64,000 bases of DNA from Mesorhizobium sp. WSM3859 (lineage in GTDB: Bacteria; Pseudomonadota; Alphaproteobacteria; Rhizobiales; Rhizobiaceae): positions 270,553 to 334,552 of the forward strand of contig NZ_NSGG01000001.1 in assembly GCF_002295065.1 (NCBI RefSeq), written 5' to 3'. Below the pieces are notes generated by a model, which saw only the letters and a program-made list of their open reading frames with translations, searched no databases and was not told the origin of the DNA. Of the stretch, positions 39,757 to 49,527 are shown piece after piece; position 1 is the first letter of the stretch, and the number at the start of each line of letters is the position of its first letter. Both the position numbers and the translations under genes were made by a program.

Positions 39757-41238
39757 ATGAAACTGTGGAAGACCATCCTGGCCGCGGCTACCCTGTCGCT
39801 TGCCGTCGCCACGTCGGCCTTTGCCGCCCGCACCGACCTCACGCTCGGCATCGTGCTCGAGCCGCCGCATCTCGATCCGACCGCCGGCGCGGCCGCGGCC
39901 ATCGGCGAAATCACCTATGCCAATGTCTTTGAAGGGCTGACGCGCATCGACGACAACGGCCAGGTTCAGCCCGGTCTCGCCGAGGGCTGGACCGTCTCCG
40001 ACGACGGCAAGGTCTACACGTTCAAGCTGCATTCCGGCGTGAAGTTCCACGATGGCTCGGCCTTCAGCGCCGACGACGTGAAATTCTCGCTGGACCGGGC
40101 GCGCGCCAAGGACTCGCTCAATCCGCAAAAGCCGCTCTTTGCGCACATCACCGATGTTACGGCGGTCGATCCGGCGACGGTCAAGGTCACCCTCGAGGGT
40201 CCGCAGGGCAATTTCCTCTACGACATGGGCCAGGTTGCGGCAGTGATCGTGGGGAAGGGATCGGCCGCCGGCAATAAGGACAAGCCGATCGGCACCGGGC
40301 CGTTCAAGCTCGATCACTGGGCCAAGGCTTCCGAGATCACGCTGGTCAAGAACCCGGACTACTGGGGCACACCCGCCGCGCTCGACAAGGCGACATTTCG
40401 CATCGTTCCCGACGCCGCCGCGGCCGTTCCCGCCTTGCTCTCGGGCGACATCCAGGCTTTCGCCAACATGCCAGCGCAGGACGCGCTCGCGCAGGTCCAG
40501 TCCGATCCGCGCTTCAGCGTCGTGATCGGCGCGACCGAGGGCGAGACGATCCTGTCGATCAACAACAAGAAGCCACCCTTCGACAAGCTGGCGGTGCGGC
40601 AGGCGCTCGCCTCCGCGATCGATCGCAATGCCATCATCGCCGCCGCCTCGAACGGTCTTGGAAAGCCGATCGGCTCTCATTTCTCGCCGGGCGACGCGGG
40701 CTATGTCGATCTCACGGGCGTCTATCCGCACGACATCGCCAAGGCCAAGGCATATCTGAAAGAAGCGGGGCTGGAGAACGGCTTCTCGGCCACGATCAAA
40801 CTGCCGCCGGTGCCTTACGCACGCGATGGCGGCCAGGTGATTCAGTCCCAGCTGAAGGACATCGGGGTCGATCTGCAGATCATTCCGGTCGAATGGGCGG
40901 AGTGGCTGAGCCAGGTCTTCACCAACAAGGACTACGACCTGACGATCGTTTCCCATGTCGAGCCGAACGACATCGATATCTATTCGCGGCCCGGCTACTA
41001 TTTCCAATATGACAACCCGAAGTTCAACGATGTCATCAAGGAGCTCGGCACCACGGTCGACAAGGACAAGAGAGTGGAGCTGCTGGGCGAGGCGCAGAAG
41101 ATTCTCGCGCACGACGTGCCCGCCGTCTACCTGTTCGAGCTGCCCAAGATCGGCGTCTGGGACGCCAAGCTGCAGGGCATGTGGACGAACTGGCCGATCG
41201 AGGCGGATGATCTGACCAAGGTGAAGTGGAGCGAGTGA
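39757..41238 (+). CDS. ABC transporter substrate-binding protein, family 5 (peptide/nickel/opine type)
   Basis: 493 aa with a signal peptide and the SBP_bac_5 fold. A GGGAG RBS is present. Confidence 0.8.
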   Translation: MKLWKTILAAATLSLAVATSAFAARTDLTLGIVLEPPHLDPTAGAAAAIGEITYANVFEGLTRIDDNGQVQPGLAEGWTVSDDGKVYTFKLHSGVKFHDGSAFSADDVKFSLDRARAKDSLNPQKPLFAHITDVTAVDPATVKVTLEGPQGNFLYDMGQVAAVIVGKGSAAGNKDKPIGTGPFKLDHWAKASEITLVKNPDYWGTPAALDKATFRIVPDAAAAVPALLSGDIQAFANMPAQDALAQVQSDPRFSVVIGATEGETILSINNKKPPFDKLAVRQALASAIDRNAIIAAASNGLGKPIGSHFSPGDAGYVDLTGVYPHDIAKAKAYLKEAGLENGFSATIKLPPVPYARDGGQVIQSQLKDIGVDLQIIPVEWAEWLSQVFTNKDYDLTIVSHVEPNDIDIYSRPGYYFQYDNPKFNDVIKELGTTVDKDKRVELLGEAQKILAHDVPAVYLFELPKIGVWDAKLQGMWTNWPIEADDLTKVKWSE

Positions 41239-41323
41239 GGTCTGTCGGCCAAGGGCAAACGTTGCGCTCCACAGAACGCCATCTTTGCCCAGTCTCTGCA
41301 CCCGGCAACCAAACCATTCCGCA

Positions 41324-42271
41324 ATGACCGCCTTCCTCGTAAAGCGTCTCATCATCGCGGCCCTCACCCTGGTGCTGGCCTCGATGGTGGTGTTCGCGGT
41401 CATGGAGGTCCTGCCCGGCGATGCGGCGCGCCTGATGCTGGGCCTCAACGCCAGCGCCGACCAGGTCGAAGTGCTGCGCAACCAGATGGGGCTGAACGCC
41501 CCGCTGGTGCTGCGCTACCTGCACTGGGCGGGAGGGTTGCTGAGCCTCGATTTCGGCCGCTCCTACACCTATTCGGTGCCTGTCATCGACCTTGTGCGCG
41601 AACGCGTCGTCGTCTCCCTGCCGCTGGCGCTGATCGCGCTGGCGCTCTCGACCGTCATCGCCATTCCGGTCGGCGTGTTCTCGGCCAGCCGCCAGGGCCG
41701 CACGGGCGATACGCTGGCCATGGGCGCCGCCCAGCTCGGCGTCGCCGTGCCGAATTTCTGGTTCGCGCTGATGCTGATCTACCTGTTTGCCGTCTGGCTA
41801 CGGCTAGTGCCGGCCGGCGGCTTTCCGGGTTGGGGCGCCGGTATCTGGACGGCGTTGAAATCCCTGATCCTGCCGGCCGTGGCCCTTGCCTTGCCGCAGG
41901 CGGCGATCCTGGGGCGGGTCGCCCGCTCGGCGCTGATCGAGGTGCTCAACGAGGACTATATCCGCACCGCGCGCGCCAAGGGCCTGCCCTACCGCGCCGT
42001 GCTGTGGCGCCATGCGCTGCGCAACGCCATGATTCCGGTGCTGACCATCCTCGGCCTGCAATTCGCATTCCTGCTTGCCGGCACCATCATCATCGAGAAT
42101 GTCTTCTACCTGCCTGGCCTCGGCCGGCTGATCTTCCAGGCCATCACCCAGCGCGACCTGATCGTGGTCGAGAGCATCGTCATGCTTCTGGTCGCCGCCG
42201 TGATCCTGATCAACCTCCTCGTCGATTTCTCCTACGCCATCGTCGACCCGCGCCTCAGGGCCCGGCAATGA
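41324..42271 (+). CDS. ABC transporter permease (DppB/OppB-like)
   Basis: 315 aa with the EAA-loop region (YIRTARAKGL). Confidence 0.8.
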   Translation: MTAFLVKRLIIAALTLVLASMVVFAVMEVLPGDAARLMLGLNASADQVEVLRNQMGLNAPLVLRYLHWAGGLLSLDFGRSYTYSVPVIDLVRERVVVSLPLALIALALSTVIAIPVGVFSASRQGRTGDTLAMGAAQLGVAVPNFWFALMLIYLFAVWLRLVPAGGFPGWGAGIWTALKSLILPAVALALPQAAILGRVARSALIEVLNEDYIRTARAKGLPYRAVLWRHALRNAMIPVLTILGLQFAFLLAGTIIIENVFYLPGLGRLIFQAITQRDLIVVESIVMLLVAAVILINLLVDFSYAIVDPRLRARQ

Positions 42272-43137
42272 CCATGCGCATCGACCTTCCCGAGGAAACC
42301 ATCGCCGGCGTGTTGGCCAAGGCCTTCGGCAACCGCTCCTTCCTGATCGGCCTGGCCATCACGCTGCTGATCGTGGCCGTCGCGCTCATCTCCTTCTTCT
42401 GGACGCCTTACGACGTCACCAGGCTGGTGATCGCCGACAAGACGCAGGCGCCCTCTTGGGCACACTGGTTCGGCACCGACCATTTTGGCCGCGACATCCT
42501 GTCGATGATCATGGTCGGCGCCCGCAATTCGATCGCCGTGGCGCTGGTCGCGGTCGGCATCGGCATGGGCATCGGCGTGCCGCTCGGCGCTTTCGCCGCC
42601 GCGCGCGGCGGGATTGTTGACGAGGCGCTGATGCGCGTCAATGACCTCGTCTTCGCCTTCCCTGCGCTGCTCTCGGCGATCATGATCACCGCGATCTTCG
42701 GTCCGGGCGCCGTCAACGCCATCATCGCCATCGGCATCTTCAACATACCGGTCTTTGCGCGCGTCGCCCGCGCCGGTGCGCTGGCCATCTGGCCGCGCGA
42801 ATTCATTCTCGCCGCGCGCGCCGCCGGCAAGGGCATGACGCGCATCACCGTCGAGCACATCCTGCCCAACATCGCGACGCTGCTCCTGGTCCAGGGCACC
42901 ATCCAGTTCGCGCTGGGCATCCTCGCCGAAGCTGGGCTTTCCTATGTCGGCCTGGGTGCCCAGCCGCCGATGCCGAGCTGGGGCCGCATGCTGTTCGACG
43001 CGCAGACGCGCATGGTGATCGCGCCCTGGATGGCAATCTTCCCCGGCATGGCGATCGTCATCACCGTGCTTGGGCTGAACCTGCTCGGCGACGGTCTCGC
43101 CGACATCCTCGATCCGAAATCGCGGCGGCGCCGATGA
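42268..43137 (+). CDS. ABC transporter permease (DppC/OppC-like)
   Basis: 289 aa. Its ATG overlaps the upstream stop (ATGA). Confidence 0.8.
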   Translation: MTMRIDLPEETIAGVLAKAFGNRSFLIGLAITLLIVAVALISFFWTPYDVTRLVIADKTQAPSWAHWFGTDHFGRDILSMIMVGARNSIAVALVAVGIGMGIGVPLGAFAAARGGIVDEALMRVNDLVFAFPALLSAIMITAIFGPGAVNAIIAIGIFNIPVFARVARAGALAIWPREFILAARAAGKGMTRITVEHILPNIATLLLVQGTIQFALGILAEAGLSYVGLGAQPPMPSWGRMLFDAQTRMVIAPWMAIFPGMAIVITVLGLNLLGDGLADILDPKSRRRR

Positions 43138-44756
43138 GCCTGCTCGAGATCGAAAACCTGTCGCTGACGATCGGCGCCACCCCGATCCTCAAAGGCGTCG
43201 AGCTGACGGTCTCGCCGCGCGAGGTCGTGGGCCTTGTCGGCGAATCCGGTTCCGGCAAGTCGATGACGGCGCTGACCATCATGCAGCTCCTCCCCCATCT
43301 GGCGCGCGCCGAAGGCCGCGTCGCCTTCGACGGCATCGACATCCTCGGCGCCACCGAGGACCAGATGTGCGCCTTGCGCGGCGACGATATCGGCATGGTT
43401 TTCCAGGAGCCGATGACGGCGCTGAACCCGGTCAAGACCATCGGCGAACAGGTGGCCGAAGGCATACGCTGGCACACCAAGGCGGGCCGCGCCGAAGCCG
43501 AGGACCGCGCGCGAAAAATCCTCGACCGCGTCGGGCTGCCGGAAGCCAAGTTCCCGCTATCGCGCTATCCGCACCAACTGTCCGGCGGCCAGCGCCAGCG
43601 CGTTGTCATCGCCATCGCCTGCGCGCTGAAGCCGAAGCTGCTGATCGCCGACGAGCCGACGACGGCGCTCGACGTGGTGCTGCAGGCGCAGATCCTCGAC
43701 CTGTTGCGCGATCTGGTCCGCGAGAACCGCATGGGCCTGCTGCTGATCTCGCACGACCTCGCGGTGGTGACCGAGATGGCCGATCGCCTGACCATCCTGC
43801 GCCACGGCGAGGTAACGGAAGCCGGCGACACGGCGCGCACGCTATCCGAGCAGCAGCATCCCTACACGCGCGAGCTGGCGCTGGCTTCCATGCACGTGCC
43901 GGCGCGGCCGAAGCCGCACCTTGCCGGGTCGGCAAAACCCTTGCTCGAAGTCGAAGGCATCGGCCGGGACTATCCGGGCCGGCGCAAATCCCTGTTCCGG
44001 CCGGCGCAGCCGATCCGTGCCGTCGACGATGTCTCGCTCACCATCGAGCCGGCGCAATCGGTGGCGCTCGTCGGCCGCTCGGGCTGCGGCAAGTCCACGC
44101 TTGCCCGCATGATCCTGGCATTGGACAAGCCGACGGCTGGCACGATCCGCTATCGCGGCGAGGCCATCAGCGGAAAAGCGGAAGCCGAGCTGAAGCCGGC
44201 GCGGCGCGACATGCAGGTCGTATTCCAGGACCCCTACGGCTCCTTCGACCCGCGCCAGAAGGTCGAGAAACTGGTGGCCGAGCCGCTGCATCTTCTGGAA
44301 AAGCAGCCGGCCGCGGCCGAGCGCCGCGAGATGGTCGCGCATGCGCTGCACGAAGTGGGGCTCGGTCCGCGCGACATGGACAAATATCCGCATGAATTCT
44401 CGGGCGGCCAGCGCCAGCGCCTGTCGATCGCCCGCGCCATCATCACCCGGCCGAAGCTCGTGGTTGCCGACGAGCCTGTCTCGGCGCTCGACGTCTCGAT
44501 CCGCGCCCAGATCCTCGACCTTTTCGCCGAGCTCAATCAGAAGCTCGGCATCGCCTATCTCTTCATCACCCATGACCTGACGGTCGCCCGCGCCATGGCG
44601 GACGAGGTGCTGGTGATGCATGAAGGTAAGATCGTCGAGCGCGGCAAGACCCCCGACGTGCTCGACCATCCGCGCTCCGAAGCGGCGCGGGCGCTGGTCG
44701 CGGCTGCCCCCGACCTACACCGCGCGATCGCGCGCAAGATGCAGGAACAGGGCTAA
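43134..44756 (+). CDS. ABC transporter ATP-binding protein with two fused ATPase domains (DppD/DppF-like)
   Basis: 540 aa with two Walker A motifs (GESGSGKS, GRSGCGKST) and two LSGGQRQR signatures. It overlaps the upstream stop. Confidence 0.85.
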   Translation: MSLLEIENLSLTIGATPILKGVELTVSPREVVGLVGESGSGKSMTALTIMQLLPHLARAEGRVAFDGIDILGATEDQMCALRGDDIGMVFQEPMTALNPVKTIGEQVAEGIRWHTKAGRAEAEDRARKILDRVGLPEAKFPLSRYPHQLSGGQRQRVVIAIACALKPKLLIADEPTTALDVVLQAQILDLLRDLVRENRMGLLLISHDLAVVTEMADRLTILRHGEVTEAGDTARTLSEQQHPYTRELALASMHVPARPKPHLAGSAKPLLEVEGIGRDYPGRRKSLFRPAQPIRAVDDVSLTIEPAQSVALVGRSGCGKSTLARMILALDKPTAGTIRYRGEAISGKAEAELKPARRDMQVVFQDPYGSFDPRQKVEKLVAEPLHLLEKQPAAAERREMVAHALHEVGLGPRDMDKYPHEFSGGQRQRLSIARAIITRPKLVVADEPVSALDVSIRAQILDLFAELNQKLGIAYLFITHDLTVARAMADEVLVMHEGKIVERGKTPDVLDHPRSEAARALVAAAPDLHRAIARKMQEQG

Positions 44757-44780
44757 GCAGCCGGTACCTGGCCGGACTGG

Positions 44781-45215
44781 TTATTCCTCCGGCTTCACCA
44801 GATCGACAGGGCTGATATCGAGCAGGTCGAGCGTGCGGCGCAGCAGCTTCACCTCGCTCTCCGCCAGCTTGGAATCGGCCTTGGCGATCTCGGCCATATG
44901 GCGGGCAAGCAGTTTGCGCCGCTCGACATCGAGGTCGCGGAACAGCGCGATCGCCTGCGAGCCATTGGTCTCGTAGCCATAGTCGTTGAGATATTCGATG
45001 ACGCTGTCCATCGAGGTCTCCGGGATGCCGAAGGCTTCCTTGCAGATGTGGCGGAAGGCAACCATCTCGCTCTCCGAGACCGAACCGTCGGCCAGGATCA
45101 TCCGAAACAGCATCAAAAGCTCCGCCGACAGCACCGGATCGTCCGCCACCTTGCGAACGCCCGGGTCGCCATCGAAGATCGAACGTATCTGGTCGAGCAG
45201 CGCCATCGCCACCAA
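44781..45215 (-). CDS. TerB-like (tellurite-resistance TerB / DjlA N-terminal domain) protein
   Basis: 144 aa. The acidic helical TerB-like region is present (ADGSVSESEMVAFRHICKEAFG). Confidence 0.55.
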   Translation of the reverse strand: MVAMALLDQIRSIFDGDPGVRKVADDPVLSAELLMLFRMILADGSVSESEMVAFRHICKEAFGIPETSMDSVIEYLNDYGYETNGSQAIALFRDLDVERRKLLARHMAEIAKADSKLAESEVKLLRRTLDLLDISPVDLVKPEE

Positions 45216-45319
45216 GCTCCCTCTGCGAGTCTGGCCTGATTGTTAGCGTGGAATCTCTCTTGCGCAAACGGGTCGTGCGTGGTGGAAGCTGCAGTTTCCT
45301 TCCTTTGTGCCCCTCCTCC

Positions 45320-46105
45320 ATGATCGACCTTACCCTACAGACTGTCCTTATCCTCGTCGGCGCGGCCTTTGCCGCCGGCTTTGTCGACTCGATCGCCGGC
45401 GGCGGCGGGCTGATTACGATCCCGGCGCTGCTGCTTGCCGGCTTTTCGCCGGTCGCAGCCCTCGGCACCAACAAATTGCAAGGCATGTTCGGGTCCGGCT
45501 CGGCCACCATCCATTATGCTGCCAACGGCCAGGTCGACCTGCGTCGTCAGTTGCCGTCGGCGCTGCTGGCGCTTGCCGGCGGCGCGGTCGGGGCGCTTTT
45601 GGCGACGGTCGTGCCCGGCGATTTCCTGCGCGCCCTCCTGCCGATGCTTCTGATCGCCATCGCGCTCTATTTCGCGCTGAAGCCGAGCATGGACGACGTC
45701 GACCGCGCCGAACGGTTGTCGCCTTTCCTGTTCGGGCTGATCATCCCGCCGCTGGTCGGCTTCTATGACGGCGTCTTCGGTCCCGGCGCCGGCTCCTTCT
45801 ACATGCTCGCCTTCGTCACGCTCGCAGGCTATGGCGTGCTCAAGGCGACGGCGCACACCAAGCTGCTCAACTTCGCCTCCAACATCGGCGGCTTCATCGT
45901 CTTCGCCGCCGTCGGCGTCATCGACTGGAAGATCGGCCTGATGATGGGCGTGGCGCAGTTCATTGGCGCCCGTGTCGGCGCGAGCCTTGCCATCCGCATC
46001 GGCGCCAGGCTGATCAAGCCGCTGCTGGTGGTCGTCTGCCTGGCGCTCGCCGCGAAGCTGCTGGCCGACCCGGCCAATCCCTTGCGCCAGCTAATTGGTA
46101 TGTGA
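45320..46105 (+). CDS. TauE/SafE family sulfite exporter-like membrane protein (DUF81)
   Basis: 261 aa with duplicated 4-TM halves and the GGGLITIPALL motif. Confidence 0.75.
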   Translation: MIDLTLQTVLILVGAAFAAGFVDSIAGGGGLITIPALLLAGFSPVAALGTNKLQGMFGSGSATIHYAANGQVDLRRQLPSALLALAGGAVGALLATVVPGDFLRALLPMLLIAIALYFALKPSMDDVDRAERLSPFLFGLIIPPLVGFYDGVFGPGAGSFYMLAFVTLAGYGVLKATAHTKLLNFASNIGGFIVFAAVGVIDWKIGLMMGVAQFIGARVGASLAIRIGARLIKPLLVVVCLALAAKLLADPANPLRQLIGM

Positions 46106-46156
46106 CTGCACCACTGGTAGAATAAGCGCGCGCGAATCATGTTGGAGGGACTAGAC

Positions 46157-46327
46157 ATGAATCTCAGTGCACCTACCCAAATCGTGTTCATTATTTCGTT
46201 GGTCATCGCCGTTATCGGCCTTCTCGCCGTTCTTGGCGTTCTTGCATTCATTCCGCTTGCGTCCGTTTGGATCATGCTCATCGCCTATATCGTGCTCGCC
46301 GCCGGCTGTTTGATGCGCGGCGCTTGA
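46157..46327 (+). CDS. small hydrophobic membrane protein (56 aa, two predicted TM helices)
   Basis: A GGAGGG RBS lies 7 nt upstream of the ATG. It sits in a low-GC 230-bp gap. No family assigned. Confidence 0.4.
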   Translation: MNLSAPTQIVFIISLVIAVIGLLAVLGVLAFIPLASVWIMLIAYIVLAAGCLMRGA

Positions 46328-46412
46328 GCACTGCAAATCTCAGGCAACTCGGAGCGCCCGGCCCTGCCGGGCGCTTTTGATTCTTGCGAGCATGTTCTGC
46401 TAGGCTCGCACC

Positions 46413-47246
46413 ATGTCCGACGAGACGGAGCGCCATCGCCAGGATAACCGCTCGCCCGCCCTCCATTTCGAGATGGTGCGGCGCAAGCCCGCCGCCTCGC
46501 TCGCAGGCATCGTCACCGATATCTGCGGCTATCGCGAGACAAGGCCGGGCCATTTCGGCATCGTCGAATATGCTTCGCTCACCGTGCCGCTGGTGATCAG
46601 CTTCGCCGAAGCCTTCGCCATCGGGCTCGGTCAGCCGCCTGGCGACAATGACCGCTACGCCAGCTTCGCCGCCGGCCTCTATGCCGGTCCGGTCATGATC
46701 GAATCCTTCGGCGGCGCCTGCTGCGTCCAGGTCAATTTCACGCCGCTCGGCGCCAGGCAATTCTTCGGCCTGCCGATGAGCGAGCTGCGCGACCGCATGG
46801 TCGGGCTGGACGACGCGCTGGGCTTTGACGGCATGGCATTGCGCGAACGGCTTGGCGAGGCGTCGGACTGGCACGCACGCTTCGACATAGCCGAGGGCTT
46901 CATTGCCAGCCGCCTTGCGGACGCGAATGCGCTGTCGCCCGAAATCGCCTGGGCCTACCGAACGGTCGTTGCGTCGGGCGGCCGCACCCGCATTGCGGCG
47001 CTTGCCGACGAGATCGGCTGGAGCCGCAAGCATCTGGCGGCAAAGTTCACCGACGCGATCGGCATCGGCCCGAAGACATTGTCGCGCATCGTGCGCTTCA
47101 ACCGCGCGCTGTCGCTGTCTAAGCGGCAGGGCGATGACTGGGCCGGCATCGCCGCCGATTGCGGCTATGCCGACCAGGCGCATCTGGTGCGCGAGTTCCG
47201 CCAGCTTGCCGGCGAAACGCCGACTGCGCTCGCAGCGTTGATGTAG
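46413..47246 (+). CDS. AraC family transcriptional regulator
   Basis: 277 aa with a C-terminal HTH_18 (AraC) domain (IAALADEIGWSRKHLAAKFTDAIGIGPKTLSRIVRFNRAL ... GYADQAHLVREFRQLAGETP). Confidence 0.8.
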   Translation: MSDETERHRQDNRSPALHFEMVRRKPAASLAGIVTDICGYRETRPGHFGIVEYASLTVPLVISFAEAFAIGLGQPPGDNDRYASFAAGLYAGPVMIESFGGACCVQVNFTPLGARQFFGLPMSELRDRMVGLDDALGFDGMALRERLGEASDWHARFDIAEGFIASRLADANALSPEIAWAYRTVVASGGRTRIAALADEIGWSRKHLAAKFTDAIGIGPKTLSRIVRFNRALSLSKRQGDDWAGIAADCGYADQAHLVREFRQLAGETPTALAALM

Positions 47247-47329
47247 GCATCAGCCGAGGTAACATTTCTTCAAGACGCCAACACGGCCATGATGGACATT
47301 GGGCCGATCGACGCGAACAAGGAGATCGC

Positions 47330-47750
47330 CATGCCCTCGTCAACCGAAGCACCTCGTATCTACCCCGCCCTGCGCTATAGAAACGCCGCCAAGATGATCG
47401 ACTGGCTGGGCGAAGCCTTCGGCTTCGAAGTGCGCGCCCGCTATGGCGAGGGAGACATCGTCCACCACGCGGAGCTGACCTTCGGCTCCTCGATGATCAT
47501 GCTGGGCACCGCGCGCGACGACGACTACGGCAAGATGGTCGGCGATCCAAGCGGTGGCGGCGGCAAGTCGATCTACATCGCCGTCGATGATGCCGACGCC
47601 GCCTATGCCGGGGCGAAAAAGGCCGGCGCCAAAATCATCCAGGAACTGGTCGACCGCGACTATGGCAGCCGCGAGTTCATCTGCCTCGACCCCGAAGGCA
47701 ATGTCTGGTCCTTCGGCACCTATTGGCCGAAGGCAGGAGAGAAGGCGTAG
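47330..47750 (+). CDS. VOC family protein (glyoxalase/bleomycin-resistance fold)
   Basis: 140 aa. An AAGGAG RBS lies upstream of the ATG at 47330. Paired beta-alpha-beta-beta-beta modules are present. Confidence 0.7.
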
Positions 47751-47789
47751 GAAGTCTCACCGACGTTGGGGATTGGCGACAGCGTCCGA

Positions 47790-47950
47790 GCTTCGTCATC
47801 CACGGGCTGAGCGGGAGCGAAGCGGACGCGCAGACCCGAGGATCCATTCCGTGACCTCGATCGAAGGGCAGCGGAGCTGAATTCTGCACCGTTCCAACCC
47901 GTTGAAGTCACGGAATGGATCCTCGGGTCTGCGCTGCGTCGCTTCGCTCC
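47790..47950. repeat. long imperfect inverted repeat (about 45-bp arms, including a perfect 27-bp core CGCAGACCCGAGGATCCATTCCGTGAC / GTCACGGAATGGATCCTCGGGTCTGCG, about 51-nt loop); RIME/MITE-like intergenic palindromic element
   Basis: It was seen directly in the intergenic region between the VOC gene and the cobQ 3' end. The ORFs drawn across it (47915..48151, 47902..49602) are rejected. Confidence 0.6.
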
Positions 47951-48057
47951 TTGCTCCGCCCGTGGATGACGATGGGATGGCGTTGCGGCGAATCGCCAAG
48001 GCTGAGGCTCCTTCAACGCAGCAAAGTTGGCGTGTTAAAAACGTCTGCATCGGGCAC

Positions 48058-49527
48058 CTACCGCGCCTGCTTGAAAATCGCGTCGCAGTCGAGATGCCGT
48101 TCCAGCTCGGCCGCGACCTCGTCCAGCGCCTTCTCGACCTCGGCGCGATAGTCAACGCCGCCTCCCTTGACGCCAAGGCTCTCCAGATACGCGGCGCGAA
48201 AAGCGTCGGCGGAAAACAGTCCGTGCAGATAGGTGCCGATCACCTTGCCATCGGCGGAGACCGCGCCGTCCTCGGCGCCGTTGAGGATCGTCGAGGGCCG
48301 CGCCGTGTCCGGGCCGGTGGTGCGGCCGAGATGGATCTCATAGCCTTCGAGCGGCAGGCCGAATTGCACCGAATGCGCGCTCGAATTGCGCACGGTTTTT
48401 TCCGGCTCCATCACCGTCTCGATGTCGAGCAGGCCGAGGCCCTCAGCCTCTCTCACGCTGCCTTCGATGCCATCCGGGTCGGTGACCCTTCTGCCGAGCA
48501 TCTGGTAGCCGCCGCAGATGCCGACGATGTGGCCGCCGCGCTTGCGATGGGCAAGAAGGTCGCGATCCCAGCCATTCTCGCGGAATATGAGGAGATCGCC
48601 GATCGTCGATTTCGAACCGGGGACGACAACCAGTCCCGCATCCTCCGGCAGCCTCTTCCCCGGCGGCACGAACACCACCTCGACCTGCGGCTCCGCCTTC
48701 AGCGGATCGAGGTCGTCGAAATTGGCGATGCGCGCCAGCATCGGCACGGCTACCTTCAGCGCCCGTTTCTCGCCGGAAGCGAGGCGTTCGAGCACGACGG
48801 AATCTTCCGAAGGCAACCGCCCGGCCGCCTTCAGCCACGGCACCACGCCGAAGCAGCGCCAGCCGGTGAACTTTTCGATCGCCTTGATGCCGTCGTCGAA
48901 CAACGAGACATCGCCGCGAAACTTGTTGATGAGGTAGCCGGCGATCATGCGCCGGTCTTCTTCCGGCAGGATGAGATGCGTGCCGGCAACCGCGGCGATG
49001 ACCCCGCCGCGATCGATGTCGCCGACAAGGATCACCGGCACATTGGCACGCGTCGCAAAGCCCATATTGGCAATGTCGCGGTTGCGCAGGTTGATCTCGG
49101 CGGGCGAACCCGCGCCCTCGACGATGACCAGGTCGGCGCCCTCGCCAACCTTGGTCCAGGAATCGAGCACCGCCTCCATCAGTCCGGCTTTCATCGCCTG
49201 ATAGTCGCGCGCCCGCGCCTCGCCAAAGACCTTGCCCTGCACCACCACTTGCGAGCCGACGTCACTCTGCGGCTTAAGCAGCACCGGGTTCATATGCACG
49301 GTCGGGCGAACCCCACAGGCCAGCGCCTGCAGCCATTGCCCACGGCCGATCTCGCCTTCGACAACCTCGCCAGGAATGTCGGCGACGGCGGCATTGTTCG
49401 ACATGTTCTGCGGCTTGAACGGCCGGACCTTCAGGCCGCGATTCTTCGCGGCGCGGCACAGCCCGGCGACCAGCACGGTCTTGCCGACATCGGAGCCGGT
49501 GCCCTGCAGCATGATCGCTTTTGCCAT
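48058..49527 (-). CDS. cobQ: cobyric acid synthase
   Basis: 489 aa. The N-terminal P-loop (GTGSDVGKT) is followed by a C-terminal glutamine amidotransferase domain (GICGGYQMLG). Confidence 0.85.
   Translation of the reverse strand: MAKAIMLQGTGSDVGKTVLVAGLCRAAKNRGLKVRPFKPQNMSNNAAVADIPGEVVEGEIGRGQWLQALACGVRPTVHMNPVLLKPQSDVGSQVVVQGKVFGEARARDYQAMKAGLMEAVLDSWTKVGEGADLVIVEGAGSPAEINLRNRDIANMGFATRANVPVILVGDIDRGGVIAAVAGTHLILPEEDRRMIAGYLINKFRGDVSLFDDGIKAIEKFTGWRCFGVVPWLKAAGRLPSEDSVVLERLASGEKRALKVAVPMLARIANFDDLDPLKAEPQVEVVFVPPGKRLPEDAGLVVVPGSKSTIGDLLIFRENGWDRDLLAHRKRGGHIVGICGGYQMLGRRVTDPDGIEGSVREAEGLGLLDIETVMEPEKTVRNSSAHSVQFGLPLEGYEIHLGRTTGPDTARPSTILNGAEDGAVSADGKVIGTYLHGLFSADAFRAAYLESLGVKGGGVDYRAEVEKALDEVAAELERHLDCDAIFKQAR

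Noticed and set aside
39751-41481. 576-aa minus-strand ORF
   Set aside because: It is antisense to the ABC substrate-binding protein gene.
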